Source: Marsupella aquatica (Eukaryota; Plantae; Marchantiophyta). Taken from it: a stretch of 64,000 bases of DNA. Positions 1 to 13,850 of the stretch are shown here, one piece after another. The notes beneath the pieces are model-generated. The model saw only the letters and a program-made list of their open reading frames with translations. It made no database searches and was not told the origin of the DNA. Where the stretch lies: positions 7,092,963-7,156,962 of the forward strand of contig OZ316893.1 in assembly GCA_973895155.1 (NCBI GenBank). Direction: 5' to 3'. Position numbers and translations under genes: made by a program. Position 1 is the first letter of the stretch. Every line of letters starts with the position of its first letter.

Positions 1-1946
1 CCTACCGCTAGGGGAAAAGTTGGGGAAGCATCATCAAGCCCTCGTAGCTACCTGCTTCCGAGCTGCCACAGGAAAGGTGTGGCTGGAGAGGATGGCATGG
101 CTTCTAACATAACGGCTTACAGGCGAACTGTACACGGAACACCAACAGTTGCGAGACTGCAGCAGACACACACGCTGTGTTCGATTGTCGTGGGGAGGTT
201 TAAGCACACCACCCCTTCTGCTGCCTGTGTGTTAAATTGGCGTGGGGAGGATAAAGCACCCACCCCTTCTGCTGCTCACTATTCACGGTGCTTCAATTTA
301 TTTCATTATACCCTCAACTAATTCTTTGATTTAGAACTCGTAGGCTGATTACTGTAGAGTGTTCTGGGAAGACAATTGGATTTGAATATGTGGAGCCTTT
401 TCCACCATTGGTTGTGAGATTATTTCGTGGTGAATAAAACTCTCCTCACAGTGCGGAGGAATATCATCAGAGCAATCGAGTCCCGGATTTCTGAGGTTGT
501 GTACATTCTCAGGAGAGAAATTATGTTCTTTCCTTCATATGTGAGAACGTTTAACATATGCAAATCGATGGATGCTTTCGCTGTTTTCCCCATTGTGTGT
601 GGTTGTCTACGAGTCCTTGACGAGTTGATCTCTTCGTATCTTCTCAGGCAACGCAACGGCGTGACGATTAACGCTATCTTCTGCAGTATGGCTTTCGTGT
701 TAGATGATTCGCTCTGGACACATTATCGCCATAGGAGAAGGCTGAGGAACGTTGTTCTTCTTTATGGTTCGTGTGAATGGACTTAATTCTCATATCTCAT
801 GTTGATGTTCACTAGGGTGTATGACCAAGATATCGTAAACTGGTTTAGTTTTATTAATGTGAAGGCCATAAAGTAAAAGCTTTTACAAGGATTGGGCTGT
901 TGCTATTCCCCGCTTGTAAGCCTCTGGGTCAAGACTTTCCAGAAGGGTGGTACTTGGCCTTCTTTCGGTTCCTCTCTTCATTCTTCGTTTGAGGAACTCG
1001 TTTAGGGTCATGATTTCAACTAGTCACGGACAGGGGAAGATTGTATCTCTTATGTTGTTAGCTCCGGTCAAGTATTTCCAATCCGGACAAGTATTTCAAA
1101 TGCGGTCAAGTTTGCTTGTTTGGGGGCTGGGGGGAAGCCCCCAGGGAGGCACCTCCATGGTTTGTGAGGCAAGGTTGACCCGGCTCACAAACCACTTCTT
1201 ATTTTCATGACAAGTTTTGTATCACTGATGCACGTAGTACCCAATATATACACTGCTCCGATCAATCGTGTTGATCCACTTCCAAAGCATACTCCAAAGA
1301 GATTTACACGTCCATTGCCCTCATTTCCTCATTTCTCAACAAATGTCCACTGCAATTTTTTGTTCCTAAGTTCAACTATATTTGCCAGTAAAGCGTTCAA
1401 AGATAATTCAGAACTCTACGGCACGGCACAAGGCCTGCGATATCCCCCAAATAGCCATTTTGGCTGTCATAAGCTCTTGCTTTCAACTCCTAGGTTTTCC
1501 ATCAATGTACAAAAAGCGCCTCCCATTTCGTTTCTATTCGCTGATATCCTTGTTCTTTGAGACATCAGAGGTCAGTCCTCTTCCGGATGTGTGTAGTAGC
1601 CCCTCCAACCAGGAGCCAGGCCTAATACAGAAGAACACTCCTCCAAATTTGCTCAGATCAAAGAAGAGTAAGGGAAATATACAGCATATGGCAAGTTGAC
1701 AAAAGCCGAGACCTAAATAAGTGCTTTACTCACTGCCGGACATGACAGTTTCTTCTTCTGCACCAGCTAGGCCACTACAATGCTAGACGTTCAGACAAAG
1801 GATGATCTTAACATGTCCCACTTTGCATAATATGAGATCGGGCAGCCTGACTGAAGTTCGACAGCTCGGGGCCAAGACTGATGCTCCAATACATTTGGAG
1901 AATTTCAGCCATTAACTCCAACACATTCCTGTGAACCATACCTGGC

Positions 1947-4900
1947 CTAGCGATTCCCAGCAGTTCGCTTTAGAGCTGAGAGAAATCCCTTTTTGTGGTC
2001 TCCTCCCTTACGTTCTTCTTCTCCAACCTGCTCCCGCACCCATAGTACAAATATAAACTTCTATCGGTTCACCAGAGCGTTAATTGTTCATTGGCCAGAG
2101 ATACTCATTCTGTATTTTGGTGAGAATTACTCGAGTAAACAGTTTCCAAAAATGTCAGCGCGAGACAATTACCTCTTTCAAGATTTCTTGCAATGTAACT
2201 GTAATCTCAGCAAACTCTGGCCGTAGTGCTGGGTCAGTCTTCCAAGAACGCTCCAACAGATCTGTTATCTTTGGATTGGTATGCTTAGGGATAGTTGGTC
2301 GCAAACCCTGTATTAATCAGTGAAAGGAACACATAAATTTTCCATCCATGAGACGCACCTGAAACTAGAATAGGTGACAAAAAGAAAACAAGGAAAAGGA
2401 GAAAATCTATGATACAGTTTCATGCACTACCTCATGTACTCCACTTCTAACTCTGAGAACAACAACTGACAACACTCACCTTTTGAACCACACCCACAGC
2501 TGCTTGCAAGGGGGTCAAATCCGCATAAGGGAGCTTCAAAGCACAAAGTCGAGGAAAAATGAAGTATCAGTACCACAAAGTTGAAACATACCACATCAGA
2601 CGGATGTTTGATGAAGACAAATCATTCGACTGGGAACCCCACTTACAAGAGGAAAAATAAGAGACACTGAACTGTTTATCTTTCACTACGACATCAAACA
2701 ATGACACTTTCGTCCTACACCAACGAGTGACTGGGTTATGCAGGCCAACGGACGCCGAGATCATTGTAGTTGAAGTGATACATGAAGTAACGCAACACTG
2801 AATACCCCAAAACATTCCATCCTTTGCGGAGTAAACTAAATCACCAAATACAACACGAAACCAGTCAGGCAATGAGAAATTTGTTGATTACCCTTCCAGT
2901 GAGAAGCTCCCACAGAACAATGCCAAAACTGAAAACATCGACTTTCCTATCATATGTTTTGTGCTCTATCACCTGTACATTTGATAAGGTTAGAAACAAT
3001 CACAGAAAGCAAGCATATTACATTTGGGAAGGTAAACATGTTCGAGGCAATAAAGTCAACTTTTCCCACCATGTTCTGGTACTGGGACGCCATTCCAAGA
3101 GACAATGCCTCAACACCAACTCTGCGACGTAAGTCATTCCACATGACAGGTTTGTTCAAAAATAAGTAGCATCTCATTACCTCAGGTGCCATCCACCTGT
3201 AAGTTCCAGTCTCTGCGGTCATTATTCCCCTTTGGTCTTGCACTCGGGCAACTCCAAAATCAGCTACTTTTACAACCTAAAGACGTAGGTACTCATTATT
3301 AGTTGTCCACTGTAACCTTGCAGCCATGGACCCGACCCATCACATTTAGCACTTCCAATATGCCATAAACGATTTCTGTGCGAACTGGCTTGGACCAAAA
3401 GTGCATTTGATAGCAATGGCAGATGGATGGCATTTTCATAGATAAATTGGCTTTTACCTCGTTTTCATCCATGAGAAGGTTTGCAGCTTTGAGATCTCGA
3501 TGTATGATGTTGTTTTGATGCAAGTAATCCATGCCTTTAGATATGTCCAGTGCCACTCTCAGAATCATTGGAAGCTTCAAGAGAGCTTTGTGTTTGTGAA
3601 GAAAGTCATACACACTTCCACCCGACATAAACTCTACAGGCACCCAGACGAATGTCCAATATTCAACACGAGAAGACCAACAAAGTCTAATACTGGGCTG
3701 GTCAACACGAAACACTTCTTCAAAACTTACACCCTGTATTAGCTTCACCATCCTTAAAACAGCAACACGCTACAATGTCATTTTAAGGGTGCAAACATAC
3801 CAGTAACGATTGAGAGATTGGGAGGTTTTGTACAAGCTCCAATGAATTGTACAACATTTTTGTGACGGATTTTCCTGAAGAAGACAAGCAGATCAGGTAG
3901 GTTTGAAAGTTGATATTTACCAAACAGCAACAGGAACATCAGTCAAAAGCGATCTGAAACGTTTCAGATCATTCAAGAGATGTAAGCGGCGATTTTATTT
4001 ATCACCCAACCCGACAGTACCCAGTAACATGACGACTTTTCCAGTAGGTTCGACTGAAAAGAAGCAAATTAAAGCAAAGCACATAAAAACTTCACAAAGT
4101 ACAAAATACCGAATTGAAACAACCAATGTTACGTTACCTCATGATGAAGATTTCTTGCATGAACTCGTGTTGCAAGGTCTCGGAGAGGCGATCGCGCTTT
4201 AGTATCTTTATCGCAACATCCTGTCCACAGTATGTACCTCGAAAACTGCACATCACAACCATTTCACAATTTCTTTGCCCTTAATTGCATTCAGTGCAAG
4301 ATAAAACTCAATCTCTGCCTGACATTCTGTCCTCAAGACAGAATAGGTCCACTCCACAAAACGTGTAGCCGTTACAGTAGAGCGTTTCGTCAACACTCTT
4401 CTCTCAGTGTTCCGCAAAAACTATTGAGGTTCTCTGACTTCCACCGCTTTCCAGTAGTACACACTCGCATGACGGAATATGTTATACGATTTCCCATGTG
4501 ATCATCCAAGCGTTACCATCACTGTTGCCCGTCCATAAGTCTAGCTTTTTTCATACAACCCCGCAGCGTTCCTGAAGCCTTGCTTGAAGTAAAGCAGGGC
4601 TCCTGAGAACTTCAATTCCATATGGAGCATGCAAGAGAAATGCAAGCCTTAACGTCCACAACATGCTCACTGTGCTTGCCGGATCCTCCACTAACTTCAC
4701 ATCAACCAACCGTCTTTCCTGTTGAAATATTTCAAACGAGTCCCTCTCCCACCAACAAATGAGAAGTTTCAATTCGCTTGGACGCCTGACTTGTAATGCA
4801 GAAGCCACACACTCCTTTTGAAACAATGCCGAACGGCAGGCATACACTAATTAATGCTTCCGCAGTAAGATACTTACAGGTCACCAAAAGCACCAGATGC

Positions 4901-7900
4901 AACTTTTTGACCAAGCTTCAGCTGACTGTTGTCAATTTCCCAGTCGTTGGCAGTATTCGCCTTTGCTGTGGGGTCACTTGCCGAGGGTACTGTAGACTGT
5001 GTTGGTGTTAGTCTTTTGGGAGACGCTGGGCGAGATTTCAGCCATACACCGTCCTGGAAGAGCAGGGAACTAAAGATGATCAGCAGAAAGTTTCTCATAA
5101 GGAACTCAACCCCACAGAAGAATTGTACGAAAACTCTCAATTCCTATCAAATACAAATAGCCTGCCACCGATCACGTAATGGAGTGAACAGGGAGAGCCA
5201 GTAGGACCGCAACAAAGAAAAGTCAACACAGATTGATGAAAATTGTTGAAGCTAATTTTCTCCACTAGCTTACTAGCACTCAAGACTCTCACCCAAGCAC
5301 ACAAACCAAAGGAAACGCTTTGGAAGCTTAAAATCTAACACACAATTGGCTTGGACTCACAGAATAGTGAGCACGTTATGAACTAGGCTTTCTGTGTTAT
5401 TTTGCTGAGATCTGGACTTCCCACACAGAAATCGTGTCCTTATTGAACTCTTGGAAATGATTTTATCATAAGTACCTCCATGTTTGCCAGTAATCGCTCC
5501 AATTCTTCCCCTAATTCTTTAGTATCCTGGTCACAATAGTTGCAGATTAGTGCACGAATTTTCAAAACGACCCAAGACATGTCTGTGCAACCGTCGCTCT
5601 CCAATTTCTTGAAAAGAACCTCCATTGAATATTTACCCCTTCCTGATTAAAGGCCAGGCTAATTCAGACTAGAGTGGACGTCCAATATCAGAATTCAAAA
5701 CTACAAAATGCATTAAGATAATTGAACAGAAATAAGAAACTTATTACAATATCGTGCAGGTCGTTCTGCATAGCAATGACATGATTTAATTTTCAATTTG
5801 GTTGACCTGTAGAGCCTACTGAGTTCCCCAGCACTAACTATAGGTATTATTGTAATTGGGTAAAGACACAGGCACCTCAGTTTGCCAGCCATCCACAACG
5901 AAAACGTCCAGTGAGTATCCATCAACGGTAGAAAAGACATGGGCTTCACGGATGTTCAGTCCAACATCGGCCAACAATGATGACAACTGCAAATACAGCA
6001 CGACAGTAAATTTTAAAGGACTCCTTCCATATGCAGGAACTCACAATGATAGATAATAGGTAGAGAAAAGAGTTAGCTGCGCAGCTGATTGAGCACGCCC
6101 CTCAAAAAGCATTAACAAAAACTAGTAAAAGGTCTCTATGCCACCAAATTCATCATCGGTTTTGATCATTTTGTCCATCACAACAGATAACAAGAAGTGG
6201 AATACGATGACAAACGTGTGTTGACCACATAAATTTTGGGAACTCCAATAAGATACTAAGTTAATCTACCAACCTGGCTGAGAAGCTTGGGTTTGTCAAC
6301 AGTCGAAAAGCAAACCTCGTGCATAGGAGCATGTGGGTAATTTCTGCAAAAACAGAAAATAATCAACCAGGAACACAAACACATCGATCCGTCTCAGATT
6401 AGTCTGAACTATCCATCAGTGATTCACTGCAAATCTGTTCAAAGGCTGCAACAATATACGTGAAAGTACTTAGAGTGGTAATTAATCAGCTCTTGATTGC
6501 TTAATCAAAGTGAGCAGACAGTATGCAAGATATCAAACTTTGACAGCTACTGAAGTAGACCAACTGAAATCAAAAGAAAAGCTCAGTAAGCATTCAGCCT
6601 CCCAGCGTTACGGTTTCATCTAAGCGTAAAGCTTCATTTGGGCTAGAATTCAAACAAAGTTGAATAAGGCACGACGCCTGATATGAGACATAGCCAACTT
6701 TCGATGCATGCGATCAATCTCACTCTCTTCTTGTGGGCAAGTACAGAGAGAACTCACGCGTTGAAACCCTGCTCCTCACTGTCTTCTTGGTCATTCTCTG
6801 GGTCTTTATTCTTGTGGTTAATTTCCAGAGCAAGATCTTGAAGATTCGGAGTAGACCCAAACGACGGAGGAGGGTGCACACTATAAACACACTGGAGTCA
6901 TCAGAAGCAATTACAGCCAAGACCAGAACAAACAACAAAATCGCCATCCACAACACAAATTCTTGAGAGACCAATTAAGCTATCGTTTATCCCAAACATG
7001 GGCACCGAGCTCCAAACAGGAAATGAAGGTACCCCCAACTCATCTAGCTACCTTCAAGAAGAACTCAAACCAAGTCTATGAAAAATAAAGCATGTAAAGG
7101 TTTGTGGTTAGAGCAATACTTGATCTTGGGAGGCCTCGCTGACAAACCATCAAGGAGATATTGCATGGGTGAACTCAAGGGTGACGGCTCCTCATCGATT
7201 GTTCCGGGAGACCCCTCTCCAACATCTGAAGAAACGGGAAGAATCTGCCCCCCTTTCCAGTCACTTAAGGTTCAATCAAAGCAGACACAGGCAAATGCTT
7301 TACCAAAACCCTTCCAACAACTATTACTACTGCGGTACCCTGCTCGAGAGACTCTGGAGCCAAATTCCCAATGCATTCAACCGAAATGATTCAACAGGCA
7401 GGAAAGACTAAGACCAGAAATCGAAGGTAAATCCAGCCTCACAATATTGATTTCGGCCTTGGCCAAGACTGTGAACAACCGCTGGTACGAAGGAACCTCT
7501 GTGAAGTTGACGGAGCGTTAAAGCTCAAAACCCTAGGACAGTCCCTAACTACTAGGAGATGGTAAGAACACTCACATGCACAGCTCGGACATGAAACGCA
7601 GGTCTGTTCTCAGGTGATTCGGCAAGTTGCAGCAAATTCTTGTGAACCAGAACGTCTTCAGCTCTCTCCGTATTCACATCCAATGCATACCTACAGACAG
7701 TCAACCGCCGTTTCAGTGTCCTAGAATCCACGCATTCTAAACGGTAGCTCAAAAATAGCTCATTGACAAATACCACTCATCTGAGGTTCATTCGTGCTCA
7801 ACCTAGATGTTGGTCATGATTCCATACTACTTGCCCTAATCTCGTTTGCAAGTTTAAATTCCGAATCCTAACCATACTACTGAACTGCCAAAATCGTTGT

Positions 7901-8179
7901 GCCTCTTCATCAAGCCTTCGGGTACGACTACAGAGCAACAAGTCACGGTCGACCAGATTTTTAACGGGGAGGGCATTCGAACCTGGTGGGAAGTCTATTA
8001 AAATGCGACTGCAATTCCTCGGCAAATCCTGGTTGATTGACGATCTCATTTTCAGCCTCTGCTAGCTTCTTCAAAACCTCATTACATACTTCAACTTTTG
8101 CAGGATGTTTCCCTTGCTGAGTTGGCGAGGAGTCTCTTTCGCTTTTCCTGCTCTGTCTTGCCCTCTCCCCAACTTCCAT
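1947..8179 (-). CDS. ACT-domain Raf-like Ser/Thr/Tyr protein kinase (STY8/STY17/STY46-like), 16 coding exons
   Basis: GT-AG exons read by eye (minus): 8179-7983, 7690-7576, 7244-7120, 6880-6758, 6343-6274, 5986-5876, 5526-5476, 5053-4878, 4245-4138, 3874-3801, 3633-3458, 3276-3181, 2972-2892, 2533-2480, 2307-2173, 2027-1947. Motifs: [17 protein letters not shown] domain [84 protein letters not shown]. Confidence 0.93.
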
Positions 8180-8436
8180 TGTTCCCAATCTCTTCCTCAA
8201 CAATGCTGATATCTACCTACGGTTGCTTAACTACCATCTGTGCTCTATCTCTACACAAAACTTCGAACAGGCCTATTTGTCAATCGCCTGCTGCTAAACA
8301 ACACCAATTCTCTTCCTTCCCTCCCACTTCAAGGCTGGCTCCTTAAGCTCGTCAATCCGAGGATGAACATCGCCTCTCTGCAGCGGGCATCTGACAAACG
8401 CATGGTGATGGCGTTCCGTACATAAGCATGGCCAAC

Positions 8437-8566
8437 CTAACCAGAATCCTCCCCTCACTGCATGATTGTCACCCTCAAACCTGACCAGCATCCTCCCATT
8501 GCTGCATGATTGTCAGCCTCTAACCTGACCAGCATCCTCCCATTGCTGCATGATTGTCCCCCTCAA
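8437..8566. repeat. ~44-bp tandem repeat x3 in the kinase 5' leader region
   Basis: Unit acctgaccagcatcctcccattgctgcatgattgtcagcctcta at ~8479 and ~8523, with a degenerate copy upstream. Confidence 0.8.
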
Positions 8567-9766
8567 GCAGAGTTGGTTCCCAAGCGATAAGAAAGTGCTC
8601 CGCACGTAGAACACTAAACAACGCAGGAATTCGTTCGAACCCAAGAGAAAACGTATGAAGTAAGCCGGGTGCCTCAAATTCGACGGAAGAAAAACTGCTG
8701 ACGAGGCACAGACTGTCAGTATGCTCACACCAGAACACACCAGCCCGAACCAGTCATTTCCCCCCGAGTGAGTTCTGTCGTTCTTCACGAGGTGAGTTGA
8801 CGGAGGTCACAGAACAAGGTGATGATCAAACTTCTATCAGAACCAGACGAACGCCAAGCATCTGCTTCCCTTCATTATAGCTACTGTACATGAAATTATA
8901 CGGTACACATAGAAATCGAAGCTCCTGCTCCATTCTCGACGGAGCACGGAGCAGGAGCAGCTGGACTCAATCAACACCGTACAATTAGGTCAGTGTATTC
9001 CAAAACACACACACCTACAGAGACACACCATACTAAAATTGTAAAAGAGGCCACCAGAACACACCCGCGGCGCCCCGAGCAGAATTATTTAAAAGCGAGA
9101 CATTCCCAGCCACACGGTGTGCTCACATAACTCCTCGCGAGAGTGCGATACACTTTTCACTTCGAACCCCGAGGAATATAAAATAGTCCCCCTCCCCTCT
9201 GGAGTCTGGACCGACCTACCAATTCAAATTCTCCGGTGGCGCGGCCTCCTCATCACAACTCCTCTCTCGTCCACCTCTGTATCTACCGGAATGTGAGGAA
9301 TCAGCAGCAACAACAACAGACGCCTGTGAAAGGGATTTCCGATTTTCCTCCGTGCGCTCGCCTCTCGTCCTCTGGCCACCGAGATTCATTCAGCTTCTTC
9401 TGCGGTGCACGAATCGAGTGCCGAGAGCTCATTCCTTCATTCCTCCCTTCATTCATCGCTCACTCAGTGCCTCGTAGCTTTCTAGACTCGCTGCTGCTGA
9501 ATGCCGATGTTGCTGCTCTTTACAGCAGCTGGACCGACCGGCCCTTCATGTGCTTCAAGAGACGGGCCCGCCCCTACCCCCACCCCCACCCCCCGAGCAG
9601 CCCGAAAGCCTTCCCTAGTTCCATGGCCCGTATATCCTCTCGCCCCCTCGTAGATTCTCCCCTACCCCCGGTCGGCCTTCCTCACTGGTGTAAAACCCCC
9701 TTTCTCGCCACTCTGGCTAATGTCAGCTTCAATGAGAGAAGATGCTAATAATATTCATTATGTCCT

Positions 9767-9840
9767 GAATCATTTTGTGTGTTACATCTGCCTAGATTTA
9801 ATGAATCATTTTGTGTGTTACATCTGCCTAGATTTAATGA
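9767..9840. repeat. 36-bp tandem duplication
   Basis: gaatcattttgtgtgttacatctgcctagatttaat occurs twice in succession. Confidence 0.85.
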
Positions 9841-10960
9841 TGACCGTTAGATTTCTGGCTGATCATGGGGCCTGTGACTAGATGGGAAATTGTCTAATAG
9901 GGCACATAAATCCTAGCCAATTGTATTATGGTTGACTGTTAGATTCTGGCTAATGGGGCTTGTGATTGGGTGGGAATGGATGACGTGGACACATAAAAAC
10001 CTAGCCAATTGCCTGGAGAGGCATGGTTATGTGGTAGCTCACTTGAGTAATGACTCATAGGTCTTGGGTTCAAATGTTGAGACTCATTGTTCCCTTTATG
10101 TGGGGTTTCACAGATTTCCCCCTTAAAATACAAATATCTAAAAAATCTAACCAACTCTAACTAAAAGTGGGGAGTTTTTTGGAGAGATGGATCCTAGCAA
10201 ATTTTCCCACTAAAAACATACTACTCCTCCCCACAAACTCAGGTTATCAATTGTTTGATGGAGTCACTTTGTTCCATGGAGTCCCAACTGCAGTAGACTG
10301 TGAATTAGTCTCATTTGCGAGCCTTGCGGTCAGATCTTCCTATGGAACCACAATGGCTGTCAGATCCTCCTGGGATAAAACAAGAATAGAGTGTGAATGA
10401 GTCATTTACAAAAGTAAGGCATGAGTGATGCCTCTTGGCAAGGTTCTTAGGTGTCAATGCGGCATCAAAACTAGAGCTACAAACACATCAGGTCTCATGT
10501 ATGCCTCGGTGGCTAATTTTCAAGATATATATGATTCCTTCCAGTTTAATTTGGGTTTGGATGATGCATAGTTATATTCACTTTGTAGACTAGTTGACTC
10601 TCCTAAGTTTATCCATTCAGCCTACTTAGGAAGTGTGGGCTGTATTAGCCACAACCACTCCCCAAAGTTAGATCGTGAACACATAAGGAACCATTCTTCA
10701 TAATTTTGTAGTGCCATGTTCAACATAGAGGCTTTACAGTCTAGGTCTACAATGAAAGGGTGCCATCTTGCTAAACTAGTGTACAGGGCTAGAGTCTAGA
10801 GTGAACCCTCTAAACCTGACTTTAAGTGGATAACTAAAAGTGCGTCCTAGAAAACAAGGATGAGAGCAAAGATGAAGGGCAAATGATAAGGTAATTTATT
10901 GTCCCAGATTTTTTTTGTATCATCTCTATTTACCCTCAAGGAACTGGTAACCAGGCTAAT

Positions 10961-12197
10961 GTGACGCACACTAAAGACTTAGACTAGCTAGGGGCTAGTT
11001 GGGTCATGGGAAAGGGCCGGACTCAAGGTCGACCATCTAGACCCATGAACGGACTTTGAGTTCTGAGGGCTTGAGTAACATCTCCTCTTGGGCCCAAGGC
11101 TATTAGAGTTTACTCCATGTAAACGGACGTTTGGGGCACAAGATATGGCTCGACCTAGGTTAGGCCGCTTGGAGTCCCAAGCAATGATGGGTTTTGAGGG
11201 CCCAGACATGAGCACTAGGTTGGCCCAATCACAACGGGCTAACGCACTCTGCCTACGGACGCCTAACTAGAAAGTTATGGGCATAGCTAGTTGGTAGCAT
11301 GCCCAGACGTGCGGATTGGGGTCTAGGTTGGGGGCGAAAATATGGGAGCCAAAGTTGGTCTGGGGGTGACAGGTTTCCAGAAACATATATGAGAGGAGTG
11401 GTTCCCTGGGGGCCAAGGGTGAGCCCAAGTCGCTAAACGGTGATCGCGACACCAAGAGGAAACGTCAAACAAAATGACAATAATTTCTTGGATGCGTTGG
11501 AAATCTCTCATATACATCCTCTTGAGTCTATCTGGGTCTAGGGGTGCCACAGATTCTTGGGGTTTGTAGGGGCTATATTGTCCACTTGCCAAATCCGGCC
11601 AAAACAGCAACCAAGTTGCGTTCAATTTCCCAAGAGAGCTTACTTCCTAGGGGCCAAGTAGGCATAGAGTTGAGTTCCAACCCCTAGGCTATCAGTTGGA
11701 CGAGAACCATGAGTTGGTTGCTAGAATTGGGTCATTATGGTCTTGGCATTTTAGGACAAGCCATGAGAATGTCCTAGGGGCACGACGATCAGTTGGTGAT
11801 GGATAGGTACGAGGGGGAGCACGGGCTGCACCTGAAGAGGGGTTGTTCTAGACAAACAATGGATGTTGGCCCTGACTCCGGCCCATGGCAAAGGGAAGAC
11901 CTATCACTGACCTGCTTACCAATGTTTATTGAGTTTGAGTTAAAATGCTAGACTTTGGAGATCTAGATCCTTTTGGGTTACTTACTAGAGTGTTTGGTTG
12001 CTTGTACAGACATTGAGGGCCATTGAGTGATGATCATGTTAGGGAGCAAGTATGGCTTCATATGGAAGTGGCCGTCGGGGGTGCAAGGTGCATCAAGTTG
12101 CTTGCTCAAGGAGTTCTATGGAGACGTTTGGGCACCAAGGGCACTTAGGCGTCGGTGTTGGGATTGGTGAGGCCGTTGGGTGGTAAGGTCCACCACT
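10961..12197 (+). mobile_element. 5'-truncated, diverged copy of the non-coding AGT...ACT repeat family
   Basis: Colinear with 12659-12809 plus 38472-39952 and ends in the same ggtccaccact terminus. Confidence 0.8.
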
Positions 12198-13504
12198 ACT
12201 TGCCAGGCTATGGCGGATCCCCGTGCGGATGTACTGGGTGTGCAAAAGGATTCTTCTTTTTGCTGTGGATGTAGCCGTCAACCACGTATCTATGTGTCGA
12301 TGTTGATTTCTTGTTTGCGGTAGTTCTCAGTGATGTTGTGTTGTGTGATATTCCAACAATATGATTGGTAGGAATGGTATTCCAGTCCATCCCGGATGAT
12401 CTTATTTGAGGAACGGTTCAAGATTATCTTATGCTATTGTATAATTGTGCAATGTTGTCAAACAAAGTGCATGTGCATTAAACATTGTCAATAGTAAAGT
12501 CGCGGAACTCGACTACCTTAACACTTAGCTCTGGCATTGTTGACTCCGATGCTGAGCTCCCTTATGGTCCAGGCCTGTATAGGCCATCCGGGGAGGACTT
12601 AGCATGGGGAGACTTGTGGGCAATGAGATGTGGCACTGGCAAAGAAGGTGCCAAGCTGGTGACAAACACTAAGAACTTAGACTAGCTGAGAGCTGGTCGG
12701 GTCAAGGGGAAAAGGGCCCGGCTCAAGGTTGACGGTACCCCCAGACGGACTTTGAGTTTTGAGGGCTTGATGAGAGCTCCTCTTGGGCCCAAGGCCAATG
12801 GAGTTGACGAGTGGTGGACCTTGCCACCCAGCGCCCTCACCAATCCCAGTACTCACGCTTAAGTGCCCTTGGTGCCCGAACACCTCCACGAAATACTTTG
12901 AGCAAGCAACCTAGTGCCCCTTGCACCGCTAGCGGCCTCTCCCATACGAAGCCACACTTGCTCTCCAACATGACCGCTACTTAACGGTCCTCATTGTCTG
13001 CACAAATAACCAAGCACTTTGGTAAGTAACGCTTTGGGATCTAGAACTCACCAAGTCTAGCATCCTAACTCAAGCTCAACAGACATAGGTAAATAGGTCA
13101 GTGATAGGTCCTCCCGATGCCATAAGCCAGAACCAGAACCCACAGCCACTGTTCATCCAAAACAACTCCTTCCTTGGGTGCGGTCCGGGTTTCCCCTTGT
13201 ACCTATCCATCACCAACTGACCACCTTGACCCCAGGACATGCTCATGGCCCCAAATTAGTGTAGCTTGTCCTAAAGCTTGTCCCAAGCTTGTCCCACACG
13301 CCGAGACCAGAATGGCCCCGACTCTAGCAACCAACCCCTGGTTCTCGCCCCACTAATGGTCTAGAGGCCGAGCACCCTTGGAACTCAACCTCCACGCCTA
13401 CTTGGCCTTGCCTCCCCAACGCAAGCTCCCTTGGGAGACTGAATGCGGCTTGGCTACTGTTCGGTAGGATTTGGCAAGCGGGCGAGCTAACACCCGCAAA
13501 TCTC

Positions 13505-13836
13505 TGTTAAGGATTGCTCTTAGTCTTGTGACTCAAAGGTTACGGCACTTAGGCTAACCATAGTTAGGGTCTTAGCTGAGGTTAGGTTAGTCGTGTGTGA
13601 CCTTGTATATACCAGGGCTAGTGTAAGTCGCTGGTTAGTGGTGCTTACTCATTGTAACGGAGCAACTTGAGGAAGAGGGAGAACATGTGTGTTTGTTTAC
13701 TCTTGAAGTAAAGCTTGAGTGTTCGTGTGGACGTAGCCTTGGAGAAAAGGTGAACCACGTAGAGATTGTGTCGACTACGTGTGCATGGAATAAGTCATGG
13801 TTGTATGGTCGTTGCGAATAACGTCTTAGTTCAACA
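13505..13836 (+). repeat. Copia A 5' LTR
   Basis: Direct repeat of 34644-34975, followed by the PBS. Confidence 0.95.
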
Positions 13837-13838
13837 AT

Positions 13839-13850
13839 TGGTATTAGAGC
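13839..13850 (+). promoter_or_regulatory. Primer-binding site (initiator tRNA-Met type) of Copia A
   Basis: tggtattagagc versus canonical tggtatcagagc, 2 nt after the LTR end. Confidence 0.88.

Noticed and set aside
9236-9748. 170-aa ORF with poly-Q
   Set aside because: Antisense to the probable kinase leader/promoter, low complexity, no motif.
10021-10076. tRNA or tRNA-derived SINE (A/B-box-like, gggttcaaat)
   Set aside because: No cloverleaf, tail or TSD; too degenerate to call.
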